The notes beneath the pieces were generated by a model, which saw only the letters and a list, made by a program, of their open reading frames with translations, did no database searches and was not told the DNA's origin. A stretch of 63,945 bases of DNA, counting the filler, from Octopus bimaculoides (taxonomy: Eukaryota): the NCBI RefSeq assembly GCF_001194135.2. It is 8 parts of 7 records of this genome, joined end to end, with 100 filler letters (N's around TTAATTAATTAA, not from the genome) between each part and the next. Parts side by side here need not be neighbours in the genome. Positions count along the whole stretch, not along the records: positions 1 to 16,155 come from NC_068983.1; 7 more parts are not named here. One strand, 5' to 3'. The first letter of the stretch is position 1; each line of letters opens with the position of its first letter. Below are positions 1 through 13,654 of this stretch, piece by piece. A program made the translations under genes and the position numbers.

Positions 1-4
1 TATA

Positions 5-325
5 TGGGAGGCGCACAGCATGAGGTTACGACCATGAGGTTGTGAGTTCGAATCCCGGACCGGGCTGCGTGTTGTGTTCTTGAGCAAGACACTTTATTTC
101 ACGTTGTCCCAGTTTACTCAGCTGTAAAAATGACTTGCGACGCCACAGATGCCAAACTGTATCGGCCTTGGCCTTTCCCTTGGATAACATCGTTGGCGTG
201 GAGAGGGGAGGCTGGTATGCATGGGCCGACAACTGGTCTTCCTTAAGCAACCTTGCCTGGAGTTGTGCCTCGGAGAGTAACTTTCTAGGTGCAATCCCAT
301 GGTCATTCGTGACCGGTGGGTGTCT
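5..325 (+). mobile_element. tRNA-derived SINE, family C (my label)
   Basis: B-box-like GAGTTCGAATCCC at about 44-56, then a central block GTGTTCTTGAGCAAGACACTTTATTTCACGTTG...CAGCTGTAAA shared with copies at 26558 and 37535. Confidence 0.75.
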
Positions 326-616
326 GCGAAATATATAGGAACACATACATTCGTGTGGTGTGTGTACATGTGTATCCTTCAGGAGAAAATGAAGCAAGTG
401 AAAGGGAGAAAATGCTACCGTTTGTGGATTGCTGCAAAAATGGTTATAATTATAAAAATGATAATAATCTTCTGTGAATAATTGGAATTTAAAATATTTA
501 AAAGAAATATGAAAATATTTATGATTCAGCCAATAAAATTTAGCTGCAATCAAACTCATATAAATACATAGAATCATACTAAAAATCAACCAAACGACTT
601 ATGCTTATACATACAC

Positions 617-723
<107 letters not shown>

Positions 724-1179
724 TGAATATGTATATGTATATGTGCGTGTAGATATATGCATGTATGTATGTACATATGATTATGTACATATGTGTGTCC
801 GTGGGAGTGTACGTTTATATGTGCAAAGAGTCACATAAACATGCGTACATATTATATACAAACACATTCAGATACACACAAATACATAGATATGTGCTTG
901 TGTCCGTGCGTTTGCTTGTGGATGCAAATGTGTGTGAGTGTGTGCGACTGTTTCAACTTAATATAATTCAATTCATTTTCTAGAAGCAGAGAACATATTT
1001 AAAATCAAAACAACAGGAGGTGTTTATTCTCTGTGCATCTTCAAAAATAATTATTTTACTTTTCCTGCAATCATTCAAAACATTTAATTGAAGTTCATTA
1101 TAATACCACACACTCATATACACACGCACACACAACCACCCACATAGACACACATTTAAATGCTTGTATGTGTATACAT

Positions 1180-1231
<52 letters not shown>

Positions 1232-2169
1232 GCATGTATATGTGTGCATATATATGTNNNNNNNNNNNNNNNNNNNNNNNNNNNNNNNNNNNNNNNNNNN
1301 NNNNNNNNNNNNNNNNNNNNNNNNNNNNNNNNNNNNNNNNNNNNNNNNNNNNNNNNNNNNNNNNNNNNNNNNNNNNNNNNNNNNNNNNNNNNNNNNNNNN
1401 NNNNNNNNNNNNNNNNNNNNNNNNNNNNNNNNNNNNNNNNNNNNNNNNNNNNNNNNNNNNNNNNNNNNNNNNNNNNNNNNNNNNNNNNNNNNNNNNNNNN
1501 NNNNNNNNNNNNNNNNNNNNNNNNNNNNNNNNNNNNNNNNNNNNNNNNNNNNNNNNNNNNNNNNNNNNNNNNNNNNNNNNNNNNNNNNNNNNNNNNNNNN
1601 NNNNNNNNNNNNNNNNNNNNNNNNNNNNNNNNNNNNNNNNNNNNNNNNNNNNNNNNNNNNNNNNNNNNNNNNNNNNNNNNNNNNNNNNNNNNNNNNNNNN
1701 NNNNNNNNNNNNNNNNNNNNNNNNNNNNNNNNNNNNNNNNNNNNNNNNNNNNNNNNNNNNNNNNNNNNNNNNNNNNNNNNNNNNNNNNNNNNNNNNNNNN
1801 NNNNNNNNNNNNNNNNNNNNNNNNNNNNNNNNNNNNNNNNNNNNNNNNNNNNNNNNNNNNNNNNNNNNNNNNNNNNNNNNNNNNNNNNNNNNNNNNNNNN
1901 NNNNNNNNNNNNNNNNNNNNNNNNNNNNNNNNNNNNNNNNNNNNNNNNNNNNNNNNNNNNNNNNNNNNNNNNNNNNNNNNNNNNNNNNNNNNNNNNNNNN
2001 NNNNNNNNNNNNNNNNNNNNNNNNNNNNNNNNNNNNNNNNNNNNNNNNNNNNNNNNNNNNNNNNNNNNNNNNNNNNNNNNNNNNNNNNNNNNNNNNNNNN
2101 NNNNNNNNNNNNNNNNNNNNNNNNNNNNNNNNNNNNNNNNNNNNNNNNNNNNNNNNNNNNNNNNNNNNN

Positions 2170-2207
<38 letters not shown>

Positions 2208-2654
2208 TATATACATACATATATAGAGATAGATAGATAGATAGATAGATAGATCGATAAATGGATGTGTGTATGTTCGTGTGTGTGTATGTGTGTGTGT
2301 ATAGGTACTTAGCTACATATATCTTCTTGCCAGGCATGCCTTTCTATCCTTATTCGACAATTCAGTTCGTTCAGATTAACCGTTTATAGCGTGTGCATCA
2401 GATACAACATATCTGATTTAATTCAGAATTATTGATATTCAATACTGGATAATAGATTCCAAATAAAATCCATTATGCAAACGCAAAGTTGTTAATCACG
2501 TGCTATTCCATTTGGTTTATCCATGAACATGCCAGAAGATGCGTCTTTTCGAGGCATATACTAGATTAACATAAATTTAACTACTCAGTTCCTTTTACAA
2601 AGTATATTTTAATCCTCTTGCTAAATAATAGTAATGCATGCATATTTACATGCC

Positions 2655-3125
2655 ATTGCGGCCAATTGGCAAAATCATTTACGTTCTGATTTCATATTGT
2701 ACCGAAATTGACTTTGCTTTTCATCAGTTTTGGGTCCCTGAGATAAGTGCAATTTGGACAGTAGGGCCAATTTAATCGACTAACGCTCCTCCCACAAAAT
2801 TTCAGGCCTTGTGCCTAGAGTAGAAGGGGTTGTTATTCTTGTTATTATTATTATTTTTGGTTTTGATAATGCAGCGATCTGGCAGAATCATTAACATACC
2901 GGACAAAATGCTTTGTGGAATTTCGTCTGTTTTTTACGTTCTGAGTTCAAATTCCACTGACTTTGCTTTCATCCTTTTCAGGGCCAACAAAATAAGTATC
3001 GGTAATGTAGTGGGGGGNNNNNNNNNNGGGGGGGGGGGGGGTCGATGTAATCGACTTTCCCCTTCTCCTCAAAAACTACTAGCCCTGTGCCAAAATTTGA
3101 AATCATTGTTATTACTGTTGTTATC
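2655..3125 (+). mobile_element. Two head-to-tail SINE family B copies (about 2655-2857 and 2872-3125)
   Basis: Shared core ACGTTCTGAGTTCAAATTCC...GACTTTGC(C)TTTCATCC and AAGTA. First copy ends AAATTTCAGGCCTTGTGCCTAGAGTAGAAGG plus (TTA)n; second ends GCCCTGTGCCAAAATTTGAAATCATT. Confidence 0.8.
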
Positions 3126-3129
3126 ATCA

Positions 3130-5310
3130 CCATCCTTGTTATCTAATATTCTGATGTTGCAGATTGAAGATATCGTTTGTGCCGGGATTTGTGTTGTCTG
3201 CCAAGTCCCAGTATGCATGCATTTCCAAATAAAGATAAGGTATATCTAAAGTGTCCAGATGTTTCTAGAGGTTGAGTGTTATTGAACCCAATGCTGCGAT
3301 GATAACAAGAAAAATCATTGTGTTTGATTCTCGGAGCTTCCACAAATCGGTGATCTCAGTTTTCAGATCTCCCTATTTGACGACGTATGCCCTTTCTTTC
3401 ATACAACTTGTTGATCTGGCACTGTCACATCAATTATTAGGCACTCTTAGCTGTACCTCTTAAAAACTATTATATCCAGCTTTCGATGCTCTAACACCTT
3501 TTGTGTCTGGAAGTCAAAGTCCCGTTTTCATCCATAACCTTTTCTGGTGTAAGTTGGTACCAAACGCACATGACCTCATATACATACCACATGCACATTA
3601 ACCAGTGAATGTTTACGGCTACCCTGTTGTATCTGCGTTTGTACTCTTTCTAAGCAATACTTTCACAAGTACTAACGATGTACTTCACGCTCTCGATCTT
3701 TTCCTAGACATTCTATAGTTTCGTTGCATTTGTGTGGTATATTTCTGTTTGCACTGAATTAGTATTCAATGCCTGGAAAGCGTTGATCAGGCTTTCACTC
3801 CCCATTTTAAGGACACCTTCGCTCAGTGACATCCATGATGCTTACTGGACGTTTAAGCTGTTAGTTTCGCCGTGGAATTGACCTTTAATTCTATGCGGAG
3901 TAGCTTTTCTTCTCTCTCGTTGGCTATTAATGATCAGAATCTATTTATACTCTCAACTCCATTATTCGCGAATCCCTCTGCCTTAGCAGCATAATGTAGA
4001 AGGTCCTTTTCGCTGATAACTAAATACTCTCACAAGTTTCTTGTTTCAATGCAGATGCACTCTTGTACGCTTATCAGGTTAAGTTCACCTTTACCCTTAT
4101 TCATGTAAAGCCTGTGTACATTCGCTTTCGGATGGAGAGCACCATGCATTCTCATCGTCTTTCGGATAAGTCGATCAAATTGGTCAATCTCTGCTCCTAT
4201 TCACTTCAGAATGAGTGCACTGTAGTGAACTACAACAACAGTTGATAACTGTCACAAGGTCCCTTGCATTGAGTATTGATTTCCAGAGAAGCTTATGGCG
4301 TTTCAAATATGCAAAAGTGAACTTGTCTTTTACTCTGAGTTACATATTGTCAATATATTGACCAACTCAAGGTTTCCAAGATACTTGTATCCACCATCAT
4401 CCAGGTGTCCCATTCACACTCCGTTTGGCAATTCCTAGTCCCTGCAATCTCCTCTTTTCCACCATTTCAAAATGAGCAATACACATTTTGAAATCTCGAA
4501 TTCCATTCCTATATCTTTGCTGCTCCTATGTACAGTCTTAACCAGCCACTCTATTTCAGTATCTATTTTGCGAACAGTTTTAAATCGTCTATGAAGAGAT
4601 GTTGGTAGAAACTAGATGCATTCATCTTCAGCTTGTAGTGCACGTACATTTTGCGTAGACTTACAGAAAGTAGGATCAAAGCCATAAAAAATAGCAAAAA
4701 GTGAACTAGAATCCCCTTAATACATTTCTCCCTTGATTGTTACCTCGGCTAATAGCTGGTTGCTAAAGGAAAGACATTCCTTCCCCCATATACTGTACTT
4801 GATTAGTGCTTGCAAAATCTCAGCTACTCCACACGTGTGGATTGCGTCCAGAGTACACGAATGCGGCAACATGACATTAGCCATTTAGAAACTTCATCCC
4901 GAGCATGCACATGTTTTTTGGGTGGTAGCCTTTTCATTTCTTTATTACAAGGTTATCTTTAGTGCCAATGCTTCCTTTCCGGTATCCCTTTTGTTTTAAT
5001 GGAACTAGAGTGTTTTCCACAAAGATCATTTGTTCTTGCGAGTATGATTATTATCGTTTAAATAAGAGGTTAAGACAAACAATGAGATGGTAATTGCTAT
5101 CACCATCACCCTTCGGGTGATCATTCATCAACAATGTTGTCTTTCCATATAACATTATTCTGCTCGCGGTTATCATTGTCGAAATTTGGATTTCATTAAA
5201 GAAGATTCTATTCCGAATCATTCTTACATGAATCAGGAGCACATCGTCCATAATCTGGAACATACACAGCTGGTAACAAAGTTTTATTGTTATTTTTCCT
5301 GACACTTAAA
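3130..5310 (-). mobile_element. R4/Dong-clade non-LTR retrotransposon remnant (RT, zinc-knuckle region, restriction-like endonuclease), many stops and frameshifts
   Basis: Minus-strand translation gives GKTTLLMNDHPKGDGDSNYHLIVCLNLLFK, QHLFIDDLKLFAK (degenerate YxDD), MHGALHPKANVHRLYMNKGKG, YIVSTCESIA*KEYKRRYNRV, DFQTQKVLEHRKLDIIV...CLIIDVTVPD, KYGDLKTEITDLW and IIAALGSI. Confidence 0.88.
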
Positions 5311-5872
5311 TGCTTTTCTGTTTACATCAGCAGAAACTTAATTTGCGAGCACGTTGCACATTTTGATGAGTAAAAGAACCCCGTCCACGTAGAGTCTGGG
5401 TTGTTCACTCTATAGAACTCTGAGGGTCTCCTGTCGGGCACGGTAGCCCCGGTGTCATGAAAATCCAGAGTTTTCCCACTCACACCGTTATCTGAATAGG
5501 TATTAATTATCATCATCGTAACGAGTGAAAGTGACATTCTTCTGCGTTTGCTCCCTGAATGTGTTTAATTGAAATTTTTATGTAAAGGATTACCCTAGTT
5601 ACCATACTAGCTCTATTTTGCTTGCTCGGCAACACTTAGGAACGCCATGTCAATCAAGTGCAACATGCTGCAGGACTCCCATAGGTCCAGTGGTTGCGCC
5701 GGCCTATGCGTTGTTCACAAGATGAGACGCCTACAGAAGTTCACATGAATAGCTGAATCCTCCTCCTCTTCCTCCTCCTCTTCCACCACCTCCTCCTCCT
5801 CCTCCTAATAATAATAATCATCATCATCATCATCATCATCATCACCACTATTATTATCACTACTGTTATTAT

Positions 5873-6910
5873 TAGGCTTGGCTTTTGCTTTGTATATGGC
5901 CCCAAGTCTCATCCAAACGCATCAAGGAACAACAAATTAGAAGTTCAAGTCGATGTTATGTTTAGGAGGCAATATGTTTCTGTCACACACTAGAGAATGT
6001 CTGTCAAAACATAAATAAATTTGAAGTATGTTTTGAAAGTAATTTGATTAGAAGATGATGGTCTGATGTTAAGATGGCAGTAAACGGAGTTTGCTATTAT
6101 GTATATTTCAAAGCAATTTGGCACTCGTTACAGATTTGGGGTATTACATAGACAATATTTTACGTTGGATATGAGAGGTGCCCCAGAGAACTAATTTTTG
6201 AATTTCCATTTTTGGATTTCCAGGTATCTATGACAATAGGTCTGCTTAGTCTTGAGGTTCCATATTTTGCCAATTTCTATTTCAAGATCTTTCTACTTGT
6301 TCGGTTGTTGATAGGTCTTGACAGATACATTTATGTCGATTGGGACAGTCATATAAATGAAGCGGCATGATTTTTGTCTGAACTCTTTCAATATAATGCC
6401 TGGCCTATTTGCTTCTATATTTCTGTCAGTTTGAATAGTGAAGTTCCAGAAGAGTGAGATGTGATCATTGTCAAGCACCGGAGGTGGTTTGTGCTCCTAC
6501 AATTTTTTATCAGGAAACAGGGCCAAGTCTTTGTAAATTAGCCAGTGAATATATTGTGCTACTCTAACTTGCCTGTTGAGATACACTGTAGGCGCAAGAA
6601 TGTTGCACATGGAGACACCATGATTGATAGTTTCATTTTGTTGATTATATACACGACATGTTGGGTTACTGCCGTTCTTTAAGATGTTGGTGTGGTAGCT
6701 TCTTGTAGGCATTGATCTTGGGCTGCTATGAAAAACCCAGCTGCCTCTGATTTTTAGCCAGAAGACACTAATCATTGTTGGGTAGGTGCCTTGTCATCAA
6801 CAGCATTATTAGTAAGAATATCTAAGGCAGCCGTTTTAGCAAGGGTTTTCATACGCTCAGCTTTTTCTGTGCTTGTTTCCAGTACGTCTAATTCTGGCAT
6901 GTGAGTATTT
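5873..6910 (-). mobile_element. R4/Dong-clade retrotransposon 3' fragment (second, distinct copy)
   Basis: GFFIAAQDQCLPTRSY...NPTCRVYNQQNETINHGVSMCNILAPTVYLNRQVRVAQYIHW and LFWNFTIQTDRNIEANRPGIILKEFRQKSCRFIYMTVPIDINVSVK. The 3' end runs into TAATAATAAC. Confidence 0.88.
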
Positions 6911-7205
6911 GGAATTCACTTAGATATTTCTTTGTTTTGTTACTGAGTATGAGGCTTTCTTCTTTTCATGCCTCAAGACAAAATTCCTTTGAAAAGTGAC
7001 CGTTAAACAAAGGGAAATTACTGTGTGGTTGACTGTTATTAAGACAAAAGAGCTATAGACATCTAAGTAAGGGGAGGGGGTAAAGTTAAGGGAGTAGAAA
7101 AGTCTATAGTGTTCGCGTAAGGGGACCAATCCGTACATTCGGTTATATGTATATAGTAAACCACCCTCGCTTGATAATGTGTGTGTTCCAAGCGATCGGG
7201 GTTTA

Positions 7206-7238
<33 letters not shown>

Positions 7239-7890
7239 TGAATGTACGGATAACATTGTTGAAAAAAATAAGCATTCTTGTATTTTATATTATTCAATTG
7301 ATTTTTAATGATAATTTTAATCGATACCTTATTTAACACTAAATTATTTACAAGTAAGCGTACCATTTTAGCCTAAAATACGACTTCGATTTGATTAGGG
7401 TTGAAATATTTTCGATTAATACTGTTTTATGCGATAAATACCTAGTGTTTTTATTTTAATTTCTATGTTTATACAATATCGTTAATGTTTCTTTATTATG
7501 ATTTAAGTTATATAAAGTTTAAACATTCATTCATAATAATGTTTTCATTCATATTTTTATTTCTATTCCTATTCTTTACGAAATAGTTTCACTAGACTTC
7601 TTTTAAATAAACATTTTTAGTCTTAAATAATCTAGCTTAAACTATTGCATCGTTTAAAATATGTGCTAATACTATCTTTATTATTTTAACCTTGAACTTC
7701 GTTCAAATTTTATTTTAAATGAAAAAAATTATTTAATTTGTTTTTTGCATATCATATACCTGTTAGCTTATATTATAATGGACGTAGGGTTGATTATGGA
7801 ATGTTATTATTTTAATATTTTTAATAATAATTTTCTATCTTTATATAAGTATTTTATATACATTCATGCGTGTGTGTGTGGGGGGGTGTA

Positions 7891-7923
<33 letters not shown>

Positions 7924-8179
7924 AAATGGTTCCGGATTCTACAAAAAAATACCAAAATTTGGAGTCAAGTTGAGAAAATCACTTATGTAATGTATTAATT
8001 TAACGCTTAGGAAAAGTAAAAGAAGCTTCGAAGTTTAGAGGCTACGCTGTTTTACAGAAAGGAATGAGGAAAGAAAATAGATAGAGAGGGAAAGCTAGAG
8101 AAAAGGGAACAGAGGAGAAAAGAACCTGTCTGTATTAACGTTTGTGCACATTAAATTGATCGGAAGGAAGGAAGTAGTT

Positions 8180-9800
8180 GGAGAAATGGGCGGCAAGGGA
8201 AACAATAGTAACCAGGCTTAAACCATTGATTGCGGAACAAGTGAAGCCGTTGTCAGACTATCGATATAAAAGTATAAAGTTAGTGTACTATGGAAATCAT
8301 TGTCAGAAATTGATCATAATCCAAATCAATTTTCCGTCAGTTGGATATAACGATGAAGTAGCTCCAAAATCATTGTCAACGCTTTTGTTAAACTGGAATG
8401 CCAAAATAAGCAGGATAGATATAACAATTGAGCCGAGGGCATGGACTGGCTTGAGATTCAAGAAAAAAGTGAAAGATGACTACTAATATTATAATTTGAA
8501 AACCCTCACTAAATTAACATAGTTTTCAGTCCCAACTCATAGCATCCCGAGGAACAACGTAGGCTTCCTACGTTGCTATGTCTCGCTAGCGAAACTCCTT
8601 AACATGCTGGTTTCATTCTCGTATCTCAAAAGTTCATGTCACGTTTCAATAAATCCTTAACCAGAAACTAACCTGGATCACATATCCCGGCATTGTATTG
8701 ATGATTTCAAAATGGAAAATAATCTATATGCACCGAACATTAGGAACAATATTTACCTCGACAAATTGAAAGATCGAGTGGTTGCTGTTCTACTTGAGGC
8801 TACAACAGAGGACATTTTATAACATTCAACTAGCTAGGAGACTTCACAAATCAGCTAGGGAAAAGAATTGAATAATTAGAAATAAAGCATGTGTCACCAA
8901 TGACATCTGTGAGTTATATGTTACTTGGTTGGACCTAATGACGATCGAATTAGCAAATCCTGAAAGACGCAGCATAAATTAAGTTGATCAAGATGAAAAT
9001 CAAGGAACACACAGAGAAGCGGAAATCAAACCAATGAGATATTTCTGAGTAACATCCAGAAAAGAGGGAAATATAGCACAGCTGCTGAAACGTGAATAAG
9101 TAGGACTCATCAAAAGAATCACCGCTATCTCTAAAAAGATTTGTGAAGGGAAGCGGCAGTCGAAATAAAGCATACTCTCTTTGGTGACATCCCTACCAAT
9201 TTTCAGAATATGTAACCCTGACCTGTCAGCTCTCTTAAGTAATGCTGTCTCTTCTCCTAGATTAGATAAAATGCAGAATGAAAGAAATCCTCACAGAAGA
9301 GTAAGTATAATTCCGATCAAAAATGGATGCCATAGAAGGGATATTCAACATCAGACTGCTGATTGTGGAACAACTCCTACACATTATACTTCTATCCACA
9401 CAAAACATAAATATTAGTTTCGCACTGCAAAAGTTGTGGAAGTTCAATAGTAAAAGGATTTCCATCCATATCATTGAAGCACAAGTACAAATATTGGAAC
9501 AGAACAGTTCTTCTGACTTTCAACATCTTTATGATAGCAATGATAGTTCGATATGTGCCTCTCGATTTCAAAGAGATTTTCGACAACACGCTGGAAAAAT
9601 TAATGCACATGTTACCATATCGTACATTATTTTATTTCAATTGAAAGACGGATCCTTTGCAGCCTACGTTTTAGTGAGAATGTCCACATATTTGGAAGCA
9701 GCAAAGATCTTCTAGAACTCACATTCAGAGGGGAGCGTGTATCAGAGTCGTACGGAAGAGAAATCAATTCAGATCAGTATAAAGTTTTCAACAACTGTAA
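8180..9800 (+). mobile_element. Heavily degraded RTE-like LINE (APE endonuclease and RT remnants)
   Basis: KLIIIQINFPSVGYNDEV resembles the RTE endonuclease motif IIQVYAPTxxxxDEE. SSPRLDKMQNE, MDAIEGIFNIRLLIVEQ and RFQRDFRQHAG resemble RT motifs (KAPGxDG, DxIFxLRxLxE, GVRQG). Confidence 0.6.
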
Positions 9801-10036
9801 CACTTATAACGAGAGCAAAAAGTATCATGCAAAATGGTATGCAAGTCACAGATGTGCGTAAATGAAATATCTTAGATTCCCTTTCAGAAAAAAGGACAGC
9901 TGAACAAGTATCATAAAAGACATGATCTAGACTCATATACCCCGTTCTAGAGAGAAATGAGCTCTAGTACTTACAAGACAATATTTTTTTAAATTGGGCA
10001 AATTTCTGATGGCTTCAACATTTTTGTATAGATACA

Positions 10037-11311
10037 TTAGGTCGTCAAGTATAAAATTTGTTGTAAGGTATATGGTAAACTTTGACAGCTGCCCATTTTG
10101 TGCAATTATATTTTGACAATCTTTATTTTTTGTTAGAAAGCTGACACATATTTCTTTATTCTAACTCATTTTGCGATTTATAAAGTATTTATAAATCGTT
10201 TTTTTTGCTATTTTTGTTTAGAGATAGATAAGTCGGAAATTCGTAAAGTTTTGAAATATGAGTTCTTTCTTGGAAATACATCATCACAGACAACTCGGAA
10301 TATTAATGGAGTATTTCATTCTAGTATTATTACATAGCAGACAGTATCAAATTGGTTTGCAAAATTTCGTTCTGGTAACTTTAACCTCACAAATGAGCAA
10401 CGCGGTCGACCAGAAACAAAAGTGGATAATGATGAACTGAAAGCCACCGTCGAGTCAGATCCATTTCAAAGTGCCCGTGAATTATCGGTGTTGTTTGGTG
10501 TTAGCAAGCAAATATATTGACTCACCTAGTTTAAATCGGTAAAGTGAAAAATTTGGTTACGTTGGTTCCGCATGAAATCAAGGAAAGTCAGAAACAGCAA
10601 CTTTTGGAAGTCTACATTGTTACTTTCTCATCACACAAATGAATCATTTTTGAATTGAATTGTAACATGTGATGCGAAAGGGATCTAATACAACAACCGT
10701 AAACGCTCAGCATAATGGTTGGACAAAGGCGAGCCACCAAAACAGTCGAAAAAGCAAAATTCATCATAAGAAGCTTATGGTGTGTGTTTGGTGGTCTGGC
10801 GCAGGTGTGATCCATTATGATTTCATTAAATATGGCTCATCATCACAGCTGAAGTATACTTCAGCCAACAGAACAAGACGATGCAAAAACTTACAAAAAA
10901 CAGCCTAGATTAATCAGCAGATCCACTTCTATTTTATTGCAAGACAACGCCAGACCACACATCGGAAAATGACATTGGCGAAACTATAGGAGCCGGAGTT
11001 GGAACTTCTCCTTCATCCACCATACACACCTGATCTCATCCCCACTGACTGCCACTTTTTCCAGAATTTGGATAACTTTTTGATTGGAAAAAATAAATTC
11101 CGACGATGCTATAAAACAGGCCTTCCAAGATTTTATTGACTCTAGATTGCAAGGCTTTTACAATTCCGGGCTGGACAAGCTACCACTGAAATGGCTAAAG
11201 TGTATTGACAATATGGATGTATAATTTGATGAATAAACCTATTCTTTGTATTTATAAAATATTAGCAAAGTTTTTTTTTTCTTTTCTACAAATTTCATAC
11301 TGACGACCTAA
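10037..11311 (+). mobile_element. Near-full-length inactive mariner transposon, about 1.27 kb
   Basis: TIRs TTAGGTCGTCAAGTATAAAATTTGT (10037-10061) and ACAAATTTCATACTGACGACCTAA (11288-11311) followed by TA. Transposase motifs RGRPETKVDNDELKATVESDP, VPHE, IVTCDAKGI*YNN, KLMVCVWWSGAGVIHYDF, LLQDNARPH and HPPYTPDLIPTDCHFF, with stops and frameshifts. Confidence 0.93.
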
Positions 11312-12240
11312 TACAAGAATGAGCGTCATCGCTAAAATGGATATAAGTGTTCGACTACTAGTGCTTTATCTACATACGGTTTATTATTAACCAGAGCACA
11401 TGCCACACAAAATGTTTTGTAGGCGAAACTTTTCCATATCTCATTGAAACAAGTGTTCGTTTAGTACGGAAAAGTATTCTGACACCAAAGAACAAGTATA
11501 TAAGGAAAAGCGTGTGGTAGCGGATAGGCATCAGAGGTGATCAATGTCAACACGAATATCCCCATATATTGGCGTCACAACTTCTAAGAAAGGAAAACGT
11601 AGTTCGTGTTTCACGAAAGAGTATAAAAACAAGTATACTTTAGTACGGTATGCCTAATATTACCATAAGTAACATTATTTTAGGATATACTAGCAAGCGC
11701 AGAGGCGCGGTCTACTTGTTAGGCTTTCCAATGTTGCGAAGCGGTAAATGTTTAGACAATCCTACCATTCTCAAGATTAATTCTCTTGTATACAAACTAT
11801 TTTTCTTTCACTATAAATACTTTATCAATATCCTTTACACTTTCAAATTAATTTCCTCGCTTATAAGACTGTAGACATTCCGCAAAATGAACAGACAACA
11901 TCAATTTCCATACGTCTAACGTTTCATCTGTTTTCCTTTCATACCTTTCCAAAATATTCGTTTCTAAATATGCTTTTTATATCTTTCTTTCGGAGTGTTT
12001 TCTTTTTCTCAGTGGGAGTTCATATTAATAATCACTATATGCTTTCAAGACTATTTTCTAAAATTATACCTGCTCTGCAGGGAAATCTGGCTTTACGCAT
12101 ATTACAAAACAAATCAAAGAGGTGATATTTCTCTTATCTATTGAGGTTCTTCTAACAGAAATGCCACTGTTATCAATAGTAGGTGAAGTGCTAAACATCG
12201 TTCATTGTTGCTCTCCTTTTTTGCATTTACCTCTGCCTTC

Positions 12241-12415
<175 letters not shown>

Positions 12416-12422
12416 GAATATC

Positions 12423-12810
12423 AGGCGGCGAACTGGCCGAAACGTTAGCATGACGGGCGAAATACTGAGCGTTATTTTGTCTGTCGCTACGTTCTGATTT
12501 CAAATTCCACCGAGGTCGACTTTGCCTTTCATCGTTTCGGGGTCGGTTAAATAAGTACAAGTTGAGTACTGGAGTCGGTGTAATCGACTTAATCACATCT
12601 CCCAAATTTCAGGCCTTGTGCCTATAATAAAAAGGGTTATTATTATCATTGTTATTATTATTATTCGAACTCTGCTGAGGTCGACTATACTTTTTATTCT
12701 TTCGAGGTTAATATATTAAGTACCGATGTTACACTGGGGTCGATGTAATCGACTAGCACCCTCCCCCAAATTTCATACCTTATGTCTTTAGAAGAAAGGA
12801 TTATTATTGA
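12423..12810 (+). mobile_element. SINE family B: full copy (12423-12665) plus 5'-truncated copy (12666-12810)
   Basis: GGCGGCGAACTGGCCGAAACGTTAGCA head, TTCAAATTCCACCGAGGTCGACTTTGCCTTTCATC core and CCCAAATTTCAGGCCTTGTGCCTATAATAAAAAGG plus (TTA)n tail. Confidence 0.88.
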
Positions 12811-12811
12811 T

Positions 12812-13640
12812 ATTATTTTAGTTTGGTTCAGGGTCGGTCTTATTCCTAGTAAGAATTATGTGGATAGCGGGTTACTACACGTAACCTTTTGTATCCATAA
12901 TTTTTCAGCAATTCTTCAAGTACTTAGACCTCTCCTGATAATCCTAGCCCTACCTAAGAGACAAACTTTCCGAAGGAGCTCTACCGGGCATTCTATTTCA
13001 ATCTCCTTCAGTTACTTGTCTATATCTTGTCTTATTATTCCCAGCACACCAACCATTATGGGCATGATCTTAACTATTCGCATGCTCCAAATTCTTTCTA
13101 TTTCAAATTGTAATGGATTCTTTTTTCTGTTTTCTTCCTCTTTCTTTACGATCTGGAATCGAACGGGATCGATAAGTAAGCAACTTCGCTTTTCATTAGC
13201 TATAATCTTTATACCTAATCCATTATTTTTTAACTTCTTGTCCGTTAGAATAGAACAGTCCCACAACAGCTTACATTTCTCTGCCTCAAGTACTCTTTCG
13301 ACTCGATGATTGTACCATGTGTCTCCAGCCTCAAATCACCATTTCTGTCATACGTTATAAATTTTACAACTTGTTGGTGCCTCAATTTCTTATATTCTTC
13401 CTGTGCCAGATTGGGTCATTTTACCACAAAGCGTGCCACTGTTTCGTTCCAAGTTCCACAGGCTCTACATTTTTCTAACACATTCTCTTCATATATATAT
13501 TTTTCTCAACTTGTTTCTTTTCATCGCTTGATCTTGGACTGCCAAAATTAGGCGCTCTGTTTCTTTTTTTGTCTCTTTTTTAACCAAGCCCACGAATTTG
13601 TTCCACATACGTCTTCAGAGTCTCTCCAAAATTAGCCGTT
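12812..13640 (-). mobile_element. R4/Dong-clade 3' fragment (third copy)
   Basis: ETERLILAVQDQA...EKCRACGTWNETVA...NLAQEEYKKLRH, then WDCSILTDKKLKNN...KRSCLLID...LQFEIERIWSMRIVKIMPIMVGVLG. Confidence 0.88.
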
Positions 13641-13654
13641 TTATTATTTTTATT

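Noticed and set aside
3011-3042. Poly-G run as a G-quadruplex
   Set aside because: It is interrupted by Ns inside a SINE and is probably a sequencing or assembly artefact.
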